DNA of 64,000 bases from Macrostomum hystrix (lineage: Eukaryota; Animalia; Platyhelminthes), in assembly GCA_950097015.1 (NCBI GenBank), contig CATNEN010000001.1:24056001-24120000 (forward strand), given 5' to 3'. The notes below the pieces were generated by a model. The model did not search any database. It was not told the DNA's origin and saw nothing but the letters and a program-made list of their open reading frames with translations. Every line of letters starts with the position of its first letter. Within the stretch, counting starts at the first letter, position 1. A program made the position numbers and the translations under genes. Below are positions 34,693 to 43,546 of the stretch, in pieces.

Positions 34693-34924
34693 AACTATTA
34701 CTGCAAAGGGCAACCTGGACTTATGCGGTGCTTTATCGCTGTCTGATTTGCGCAACATTCTACCCAGCGCAACTTATGAACCTGAATCGTTTTCTGCTTT
34801 AATCTGTAAACTTCCCTTTTGCAAATGTTTGCTTTTCCATAACGGCTCATTTGTTCTCAGTGGAGCTCGCTCTCTGCGACAATTGCATTCTGATGTTGAG
34901 CATCTAGCAGCTCTCATCAAGTGA
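34361..34924 (+). CDS. Divergent TATA-binding protein (TBP)-like protein encoded by the Polinton
   Basis: Two TBP repeats: VTNLVGGVDL...LRELA...YRP...MRNPRVTLLLYPTGQLSICGAKSYADAARAARRF and ITAKGNL...LSDL...ATYEPESFSALICKL...LLFHNGSFVLSGARS; AATAAA follows at ~34936. Confidence 0.88.
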   Translation: MSAGTTTLSVTNLVGGVDLKLVGGRGAQLPLRELALSMAHVIYRPVWPRVLIKQMRNPRVTLLLYPTGQLSICGAKSYADAARAARRFVAMLHRRVPVQLLPPQSICVRIKTITAKGNLDLCGALSLSDLRNILPSATYEPESFSALICKLPFCKCLLFHNGSFVLSGARSLRQLHSDVEHLAALIK

Positions 34925-35393
34925 CTTGAATTATAAATAAATAAATGTCTGTGAAAGCCTGAGCAGTGGATCCGCTTTGAATTCAATGTAATATTTGGAA
35001 GAATAGAAGCCAAATTAAAATTTCGCAGACTTCTTTTTTTAATGCAAGCAAAGAGTACGGTAAGTTCATGCATACATTCCACTAACACACAGAAAATACG
35101 AGCTTACTCCATCCATCGCTCGTCGCATAAAAGACAACAAAAATAGAAAAATATGAAAAATAGAAAAATCAATTCCCACCACCTCATCAATTGACTTTGA
35201 AAAATTTTAATTGCAGCGGAATTCTTTCATAAATATAAAAATACAAAATACAAGAAGACCAAATACAAGACGACAACTCACACAATGTCTTCAGATAGCA
35301 TAATAAGCACAAATACAAAGGATGATTTCATTTAAAAGCACTCAAACTGAATCCTGTCCAACTAGCACGCAGAATATTCACTGGTGAATTGCT

Positions 35394-38300
35394 TTACGCC
35401 TTCGGCTGCTTTGCATCTCGTCCCGACAAGCTAGGTGGTAGCAGGACTCGCTTCCTGGTCGTAGTAGCATTTAGATGATTCCAGAGGTTGACATGGCCGA
35501 ACGGAAGGCTGACATTCGACGAAGTCCACGCTCTCTTGTCCTCCCACATTGTCAACGCCTTCTTCACCTGCTCGATCGTGTACACTTCATGCCTGACGCT
35601 GCTGATTCGTCGGACAGTCACATTGAGCTGAGTGAGGCAGTGATAGGCAGCAGCAAAGTCTTCATGCGTGATGGCACGCTTCACGACGGCCTTCTGTACG
35701 CCCTTGGCCGTCTTCTTGTCTGGTAAAGTCGACTCCTGCGCACTCTTGAACGAGTACAGTTTAGGCTTCAGAAGAATCCACTCTTTGTAGATGGAACCAG
35801 CAGATTCATCTTTGATGCAGCCCAGTCGAGCCTTCAAGCCGTCAGATCGAAGCGGATGCTGAATCGGGTAGTTAGACGTGTCCAACAGACCTCTGTCAAT
35901 CATAGTGGGCAGCATGTGCTTCTGGACATCGATGTTTTTCACGCACAGAAATAGAGAATCTGTGTCACCACCGCAAAGTTGAATCTTGGCAGCACTGGAA
36001 GTCAACTCAAACCACGGCTTCAGTTTTTCGTAGAAGAGAGCGTACATGATGAGCTTTGACAAATCGAGTACGCATTGTCCGATGTACACAGGCCGATCGA
36101 GGCGCACAGAAGTCTTGTTAAGTTGGAAGACGGACAGATTCTCCTTGATGATGCTGAACTCTTTCAGATTCGGCTTTGAGGCGAGCACTTGGGCCTGATG
36201 GTCACCGTTGCAAATTCTGACATCCCTTCGCTTCCGAACATTCTCCATTGTCTTTCCGAATAGGCTGTTGTTTTTGCTCTTGTAGTAGTTCTTTTCAAAC
36301 TCAGTGCTTGCCCTTGAGCGCTTCTCGCTATTGCTGTCTATGTAGCTCTTGAAAACCTGCTCCTGTCGAAAGCTAATTGCCTTTCGAAATGCAAGGACTC
36401 GCATCCCTTGCTGTAGGTAGAACTTGAGCACTCTACTGTGCACAACATAAGCTTCTTTGTCTAGACATGTGAGCAGCAGCTTTTGTGCACCATTATACTT
36501 CTTGTTCGGATTCAGCTGGAGCCAGAGTTGCTGCATGTAAGCAGGGAAATCCTCGAAAGCAACGGTTCCCTTCTCAGGTGCTAGCGGCAGCTCTTCAGTC
36601 CGCTGGTGAATAGAGTCCGGATAGTGCAAGTCTACTTCGATCAGATAAGCATGAGAAGCGTCATCTTGTAGGTTGAGGATGGTGCTCTCGTTCCACTGTT
36701 GTAGCTCATCGGACTCAATCCACTTGAAATCACTCACTGGCAGCGGCATGGACAGTGCTTGACCATAGAGATTATTGACATCCAAAGGCAGCAGATACCT
36801 CGTCTCTTCATCATCAGCACTGCTGCTTGAGCACACCTGATGCACGTTCGTAAAGGTCATTCCTCCGCGGATTCCAGCTTCAAACATCCGGTACATGTCT
36901 CCATCAACAAGAAGCTCCAAGCGGCGCCTTGCGCACTTCAGCGCTGATTCAAACGACAGTCCTGGAGCAGTGATGAAGTGAACGGGATCCAGGCCATCGT
37001 CAGCAAGGCTCAGTCTCCTGAATGACTCAAAGGCGTCGGCCAATTGACGAATGTCCAGTTCGAGGTAGGACATCATGTACTCGCCAAGGTCTTTGACCTG
37101 TAGCTCGCGCCACGCTTGTTTTGCGTGCTCATAATCTGCGTCTGAGCAGAACGATTGTGTGAGCACATTGAAGAAGCTCTCTTGTGATGGTAGCTCCGTC
37201 ACATGCAAATCCGAGGGCCGCTTGACAAAGTCATAGGGAAAAACCCCTTTACTGAGAAGAATGTTGTTAGATAGCAACGGCCGATGCAGCTTCATCTCGA
37301 GTGTAAGCGGACAGCTGTCAGCATTCAAAGTGCACATCACAGTCTCCAGACTGCAGCCTAGAAAGTTTAGAGAATCCAGAAACTGAATGGTGAAATTCAC
37401 GGGTCGCTTTTTACCAGATGGTAGTGTGAATTCGCCCACTTGAAACTCAACTTTCAGGCACATGTAGCGCTCGCTCGTCTGTGGAATCACGCTCATCTTC
37501 CAGTGCTCCATCTTGCACAGTGCCGTTGAAAAAATCAAGTGTAGATCATAGCAGCTGAGATTGTGGAAGTACACAGGCAAAAAGCGTCGATTCAGCTGAG
37601 CCTTCATATTGCATTCCGCGCAAGCAGCACCTCGGAAAAGCCCAGTGAGATGATCGTGATCCCAATGCTTATCAGGCCCACTTTTGAAGAGATGAGAGCA
37701 GTAGCAGCAAACCTGTGCGCCTTCAAACTTTCTTGTTGCTTCATCATTCACAATCTTCTTCTGATAGCTGTGCTCCCGGTTCCAAAAGTAGACTTCCCGT
37801 GCGAGCACCTCAAGCGAACGCAGAAATCGCTCAACGCATAAATCCGGATCGTCTTCTCGGAAAAGTTGCAGACTCTGGCTTCCTTGCTTGAGTCTTGGAC
37901 CCACACTGTCTCCCTTTTGAACTAGGAGGTAGCCAATTGCGGCCGGAACGTGCTGTGACAGCTTTCGAAGACGACCAGCTTCTTCAGGTTCGTCATTGAC
38001 ACTGGAATTGAAAGACTCAATGTCTGCATAGACTACAAATGGTGGTGAAATTGTCTTCTGCCAGCTACCAAAAGCAAGGATGTTGTTTGTCTCTGTCGGC
38101 AAAATCTCCTTGACAACGCAATCATCTGACTGATAGCAGCCCCTGCGATGTTCTTGCAGTCTCTCCTCTGACCTGAAGGCGGACAAGCAGCGCTCGCACC
38201 ATTTGCGCTGATGAAGGCCGTCTTTGCTGTTGAGTAGGCGATTCAGACTCACAACAGCGCACCAGTGAGCACTGCCTGACTTCTCATCAACAAGGTACAG

Positions 38301-39056
38301 CAGAGGCAGCAAGCGCCTTCCGGCTGCGGTTATCGCCTTAGGCTGACGCAGAACCTCCACCTTACCAGCACGCCAAGTTAGTACTGCGAAGCAGATGCCT
38401 GGATTCAGCATCTCCAACTTGTCCAGTGCATTTAGGCTCACGGGAAATGCTACGCCTTCTACGTTGAGCTCATGCAGCCACGGCCGGTATGTTGCAAGCG
38501 CCTGCGGAGATTTGCGCAAGGTCTCCTCACCGTGGTGCAGCAGCGCTAGGCAGGCATACAGGAAGCAGTTGTTGCCATCACTCGGCGGGTTAATTACAGC
38601 GTGCTTTTGCTTCAGTCCGCTTGGGAGCACAAAGTTGCTGCTTCTACCGATATAATAGCGCACACGATCTCCACGAGAGATGCAAATGTCAAAATAATTA
38701 ATCCTGTCTATTATCCAACCACTACCATTGGTGTTCATGAATTCACAGGTTCTTTCACATGCAGCCAGCTGAGCATTCCACCATTCTTCGAAACTCCATA
38801 TCTCCTCCAGGCAACTGCTGATCCACTTGTCTTCTTCAGCCACAAATTCGCAAGCCTGCCTTCTCTTCATATGGATGTTCAGACGCAGCTGCGCGCGCAA
38901 GATGACATTGGCCTGCAGCCGCTTGGTGATCGCGTCTTCTATCACGCTCCTGCACTGCCGCACCATGTCGAAGATATTCAGCTGCTGCTCCATGCGACTC
39001 GCGCTGACCCGGTGAACCTCTAGAACACCTTCATGAGCAGTGGCGTGTAGACTCAT
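35394..39056 (-). CDS. Protein-primed family B DNA polymerase (1220 aa, probably N-terminally extended by splicing) with vOTU-like, C2H2-like and EndoVII/HNH-like modules
   Basis: ExoI VVYADIES, ExoII FHNLSCYDLH, ExoIII YLELDI, PolA LDVNNLYG, PolB KSKNNSLFGK, PolC GDTDS, LKPKLY, KGV; OTU-like SDGNNCF...AHWC; CERC..F..E.L..H..C; CCYC...DHDHLTGLFRGAACAECN. Confidence 0.97.
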   Translation of the reverse strand: MSLHATAHEGVLEVHRVSASRMEQQLNIFDMVRQCRSVIEDAITKRLQANVILRAQLRLNIHMKRRQACEFVAEEDKWISSCLEEIWSFEEWWNAQLAACERTCEFMNTNGSGWIIDRINYFDICISRGDRVRYYIGRSSNFVLPSGLKQKHAVINPPSDGNNCFLYACLALLHHGEETLRKSPQALATYRPWLHELNVEGVAFPVSLNALDKLEMLNPGICFAVLTWRAGKVEVLRQPKAITAAGRRLLPLLYLVDEKSGSAHWCAVVSLNRLLNSKDGLHQRKWCERCLSAFRSEERLQEHRRGCYQSDDCVVKEILPTETNNILAFGSWQKTISPPFVVYADIESFNSSVNDEPEEAGRLRKLSQHVPAAIGYLLVQKGDSVGPRLKQGSQSLQLFREDDPDLCVERFLRSLEVLAREVYFWNREHSYQKKIVNDEATRKFEGAQVCCYCSHLFKSGPDKHWDHDHLTGLFRGAACAECNMKAQLNRRFLPVYFHNLSCYDLHLIFSTALCKMEHWKMSVIPQTSERYMCLKVEFQVGEFTLPSGKKRPVNFTIQFLDSLNFLGCSLETVMCTLNADSCPLTLEMKLHRPLLSNNILLSKGVFPYDFVKRPSDLHVTELPSQESFFNVLTQSFCSDADYEHAKQAWRELQVKDLGEYMMSYLELDIRQLADAFESFRRLSLADDGLDPVHFITAPGLSFESALKCARRRLELLVDGDMYRMFEAGIRGGMTFTNVHQVCSSSSADDEETRYLLPLDVNNLYGQALSMPLPVSDFKWIESDELQQWNESTILNLQDDASHAYLIEVDLHYPDSIHQRTEELPLAPEKGTVAFEDFPAYMQQLWLQLNPNKKYNGAQKLLLTCLDKEAYVVHSRVLKFYLQQGMRVLAFRKAISFRQEQVFKSYIDSNSEKRSRASTEFEKNYYKSKNNSLFGKTMENVRKRRDVRICNGDHQAQVLASKPNLKEFSIIKENLSVFQLNKTSVRLDRPVYIGQCVLDLSKLIMYALFYEKLKPWFELTSSAAKIQLCGGDTDSLFLCVKNIDVQKHMLPTMIDRGLLDTSNYPIQHPLRSDGLKARLGCIKDESAGSIYKEWILLKPKLYSFKSAQESTLPDKKTAKGVQKAVVKRAITHEDFAAAYHCLTQLNVTVRRISSVRHEVYTIEQVKKALTMWEDKRAWTSSNVSLPFGHVNLWNHLNATTTRKRVLLPPSLSGRDAKQPKA

Positions 39057-39581
39057 GAGCTCACCTGAGGGGAAAAATGGATGTTTAGTATCTAAAAATT
39101 AAATATCTAAATCAAAGCACACTGCATGCCAGGGCTACTCCAATAAGGCAGTAATAAATATTTGTGCATTCCTAAATGATGCACTCAAATTAGTATTTAA
39201 AATTAAATGGCATCACATCTGCATATTCGCATGAATGACAAGCAGCTATAATAATCATGCTCAATTTCTAAAAACATCATTGAAAACTGTTTTAATTAAT
39301 TGATCGATTAATTGATTGATTGGTTGATTTATTGGTTGATTTAATGATAGATGATTGATAAATTGATTGATGATTGATTGACTGATAAATTTATAAATTG
39401 ATAAATTGATAAATTGATAAATTGATAAATTGACTGATTGATTGATGATGGATTAGTTGATCGATCGATTGTTTGACTGATTGACTGATTGATTGGTTGA
39501 TTGGTTGGTTGATTGATTGATTGAGTGATTAATTGATTGAGAACTTCTGAAAGAATATCTGAAATCGCTTCGTTAACTCAC

Positions 39582-39987
39582 CTGCAAGTTGTGCATCACC
39601 GCCACTATGATTGTTGTCGCTGTTCACAGAACGCCCATTATTGCTCGATTGTATAGCACCTTCTTGCCAGGAGCTGTCGACTTCCTGCCAGGAGTGCTCT
39701 TCTTGCAGCCAGGAGTGCTCTTCTTGCAGCCAGGAGTGCTCTTCTTGCAGCCAGGAGTGCTCTTCTTGCAGCCAGGAGTGCTCTTCTTGCAGCCAGGAGT
39801 GCTCTTCTTGCAGCCAGGAGTGCTCTTCTTGCAGCCAGGAGTGCTCTTCTTGCAGCCAGGAGTGCTCTTCTTGCAGCCAGGAGTGCTCTTCTTGCAGCCA
39901 GGAGTGCTCATCATCATCATCACCAGATGAGTGCTCTGTCTCGAGGTGAGAGCTATGATTATTTCTAGACTGGAAAAATAGCAGCAT
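39582..39987 (-). CDS. Putative upstream exon of pPolB containing ~10 LQEEHSW heptad repeats (21-bp VNTR ~39685-39907)
   Basis: ATG at 39987; donor CAG/GTGAGT at 39582/39581 (phase 1) matches acceptor TTTTTCCCCTCAG/GT at 39065/39064 (phase 1), in frame with the pPolB Met. Confidence 0.55.
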
Positions 39988-40768
39988 AAACTGAGACGTA
40001 AGAATTCAAATGTGCGTAGCATGAGATATCGTGGTGATAATGAAAGGCACTCCAAAATATATCTCAAGTGATGAGTTCGAGCTCTATTTAAGAGTTTGAG
40101 TACAGCATCAGTTTCTCATAAGAAATCTATATCTGTCTAAATGTTTGCCGATTTTTTCGAGCCCAGGAAGTTTGAGGCAAAGTTTGAGTCCACCAGATTT
40201 ACCTGCCTGCTAAGTAGTAATTTTCTGTTTAAAGACTTAGAACGAACTTAAATAAACGCCCAAATCCAGACATCAGATCCATCTATACAATTTCCAATGG
40301 ACTGCTTAGAGTTTTGCACATGAAAGGAAAAATAATAATCATTCCATCTTATATTCTGACACTGAACCATCACCGCTTCGTAAATATATTTATTTCAGTA
40401 GTATAGCAAATTAGCTAAGTAAAAAATAAGAAACAACCTCGGAAAAACTTTAACAATCGCGCAAATTATCGAGTACGGAATAAAAATACACAACACGCTT
40501 GATTAAGGTTGAAGAAATTGCATAAATGAGAATAGAAAATCAACATTGGCAGGCATGGGTAAATTGCTAATGTTCTGTCCTTAAAGGCTTCCAAACGACT
40601 GATACTAGAGTAGGAAAAATGGAAGCTACTATTTCCATTGAATATTCTGTTGTGCTGATAAAAGATTGCTAGGATTAAGCAAAAAATAAAGACCAAAAAG
40701 AAAGCCTTAAATTCCAGCAAGCATAGGCCCGAAGTTCAAATGAAGCATGCTCTCAGCATCCGAATACA

Positions 40769-41833
40769 TCATAGTGGAATAATTATGATGCGATTGCCCT
40801 CCAAAGTAACTGTGTATCCGTTGCCACTAGCGCTTGGCAGTTGAAAAACAACTCCAGTGGTAGGGAGCGTCAGAAGTGCGGCCTGCTCTGCATCATTTGC
40901 ACCTTGAATAGCCGTTGCAGGCTCACCTGAATAAGCACAAACAGCAGCGTCAGCAGATGTAGCTCCTGCAGAAGCAGCTCCAGCAGAGGCAGCGCCAGCA
41001 GAGGCAGCTTCAGAAGAACCGGCGGCACCAGAAGCAGCTCTAGCAGAGGCAGCGCCACCAGAGGCAGCGCCACCAGAAGCAGCCAAAGTGGCTTCCCCAG
41101 GCTCCATCTCATCGCCGCCTTCCTCCAGCATCTCCTCGCTGTCCTCTTCCACAATCGCCTGCCACAGATGTAGCTGCTTACAGGCAATCTCCTTGCTGGC
41201 TTCCCGGGGCTGGGCCTGTTGATCTGGCTCCATTATCCCAGCTTCTGCGAGAACACGCTCGAGAACTCCAAAGCTGACATCCAGACATGGATTATCTACA
41301 CAGGGTTCCACTGAAGCAGCCGAGATGCATGCTGGAGCAACCGAGCTCGAGGTGCTGATGGCAGTTGCAGTTGCCACCTCCAATGGTGAAGAAAAGGCAG
41401 CTGCTGCAGCTGCTGGAGGCTCGCTGTCCGCCCTCCTCCTCTCAAGTGTGCAGTCAATAACTTGGCTGAGGTGTGCCGAGAGGAGACTACTCGACTTCGG
41501 CTGCTGCTGCTTCTGTTGCTGACTTTTCTTCTTCACCTCAAGCTGCTCTCTTTGCAACTGCCTTTTAGCAGCCCGAATAATCCTCCACCTGTTGGCCTCC
41601 TGCTTCTTTTTATCGGAGCTCACGATGGTGTGGCCGCGGTGGTAGCTTGGAACTCTGCCGCTTGCAATTCTCTCCACGTTGCTGCACTCGTCGCATGCTA
41701 GCCAGCAGGAAACGCGGCACAGAGGATTCTCATGGTGTCGAGGTGGAATGCCTCCGAGCTGGCAGACTTCGCAAGTCAAACAAATTTCAAAAAGCTCATT
41801 GTCGCAGCTTGAAAATATCTTTTTTGTTGTCAT
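40769..41833 (-). CDS. Polinton accessory protein: N-terminal Cys/His-rich zinc-binding region with LxCxE (LACDE), basic helix, acidic and Ala-rich tail
   Basis: 354-aa ATG ORF next to the right TIR; CLTCEVC...HH...C...CWLACDEC...H; no recognisable family. Confidence 0.7.
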   Translation of the reverse strand: MTTKKIFSSCDNELFEICLTCEVCQLGGIPPRHHENPLCRVSCWLACDECSNVERIASGRVPSYHRGHTIVSSDKKKQEANRWRIIRAAKRQLQREQLEVKKKSQQQKQQQPKSSSLLSAHLSQVIDCTLERRRADSEPPAAAAAAFSSPLEVATATAISTSSSVAPACISAASVEPCVDNPCLDVSFGVLERVLAEAGIMEPDQQAQPREASKEIACKQLHLWQAIVEEDSEEMLEEGGDEMEPGEATLAASGGAASGGAASARAASGAAGSSEAASAGAASAGAASAGATSADAAVCAYSGEPATAIQGANDAEQAALLTLPTTGVVFQLPSASGNGYTVTLEGNRIIIIPL

Positions 41834-42814
41834 GATAGCGAGTTAAAATGAAAATGCGGAACTATTCTTAGTTGTCTTAAGCAAGAAACGGATTGTGCGG
41901 ATAGAATGTATGCAAAAATTTTTACTTCGCCTCCTTAATATACTCGTTTTAAACTCCCCGCGGCCGCCATTTATGGCTACTTATATGAATTTTTGTTGTG
42001 CAGCATACCTATTACGAGCCAACTTAACAACAACAACAGTGCCTGTGCACCAGTGCGCCAGCACAGCTATCAACCCCACAACAATCCAGAGCCCTACTCG
42101 ATCTCGAACCCCAAATTATCAGACTGGCCTCAATAAAGCGATTGGGAGGGTCACCTTCCAATTAACCAGGGCAGGCGGACCAATTGCAAACAGGTAAACA
42201 GGTAGGCACTAGGGAGGCCTACCTGTGATGGAGCTTAGACTAGATCTGTAGGTAAGTAGGATTGGACACCAAACCCCACGATATAATAATGTCTTGCATC
42301 AAATTTTTGAGACACGATTGCTCAGATTATACGTAAGGTGACCATGTGAGCACGAAAGTCGAACAATCACTGACCTCAATTATCCGTCCCGAATATACCC
42401 ACATTTTCAGTGGTTGTAATATAATATATCATTTACTACCATATTTTGTTTTCTCCATCCCTCAACACCATAATAGAAAAAAATATATCGTGCCGATGGT
42501 AGTAAACAAGTAAACCTAGCACCCAACTGGCCCGTTAGTTTCCAAAACAAGCCATAGATCAAAGCTTATCCGCCGCTCCAGCATAAGCATAAAGTTACTT
42601 GAGCTGTGTTTATAAACAACTTTTATCATTACACTTTAATGCGCTTATTTTAATTTTTTGTACAATATTTTAGTTGCTATCTACAGATTTTATTAGCTAT
42701 CTTGTTTTTATAGATAACGTCCTTTTCAGTAGCTGTGCGGCGAACTCGACGCGGAGTGGGGTGCTCTCAAGTGGACAAAGAGATTGGCCAGCCTCTCCAC
42801 CAATCTCTGCTGTG

Positions 42815-43546
42815 CTAGCTGTACCCAGTGCAAAGAGATGGGCTGCAAAGGCAGAGTTATTAATTGTGGGGGGCTTTGCCCCCCACACCCCCATACAAAG
42901 GCTGAATGCTCATTGCCCTAGCCTTTAACACTCTTGTACTGAAGAATTACTCACTGCATTTTTTACGCAATTTCTTTCCCGAGCCTCCCAACTCTGCAGT
43001 GTTAGCCTTCCCTAGCGCAAACAGATAGGCGCAGCAATCTCAAACATTCCTTTACGCCTCCTATCTAGTTTTTATCACTCAATCACTTCCTTTCTATCCC
43101 TCCCCATAGATAATTTTTTCAATCTATGTTTTCTGCGTCCCTTATCTCCAACTCTAACCCAACACCTCCCGGCCTCTCCTATCCCAGCTGTGTTAACCCC
43201 TCCCCAATGCAAAGAGATAGGCCGGCCTCTCCTCCTATTCCAGCTGTGTTAACCCCTCCCCAATGCAAAGAGATAGGCCGGCCTCTCCTCCTATTCCAGC
43301 TGTGTTAACCCCTCCCCAATGCAAAGAGATAGGCCGGCCTCTCCTCCTATCCCAGCTGTGTTAACCCCTCCCCAATGCAAAGAGATAGCCGGCCTCTACT
43401 ATCTACATGCATTACGATGTCCTCCTATCTCCATAGTGTCGGCTGTGTCCTCTGCTCTGGGATAGGCAACCCCTCCCCCATTCAAATGCATTAGGCCGCC
43501 CTCCTATCTCCGCAGTGTCGGCAGGGTTCTGCTAACCCATACTACT
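42815..43546 (-). repeat. Right terminal inverted repeat (732 bp)
   Basis: Reverse complement of 25800-26517 plus a 14-bp insertion TCATTGCCCTAGCC at ~42910-42923; ends ACTACT. Confidence 0.95.

Larger units (their letters stand above)
25800..43546. mobile_element. Full-length Maverick/Polinton (polintovirus/adintovirus-like), 17,747 bp
   Basis: 5'-AGTAGTATGGGTTAGC...GCTAACCCATACTACT-3' termini, 6-bp TSD TTGGGC (25794-25799 / 43547-43552), long TIRs, and INT, mCP, MCP, PRO, ATPase and pPolB ORFs, all uninterrupted. Confidence 0.97.
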
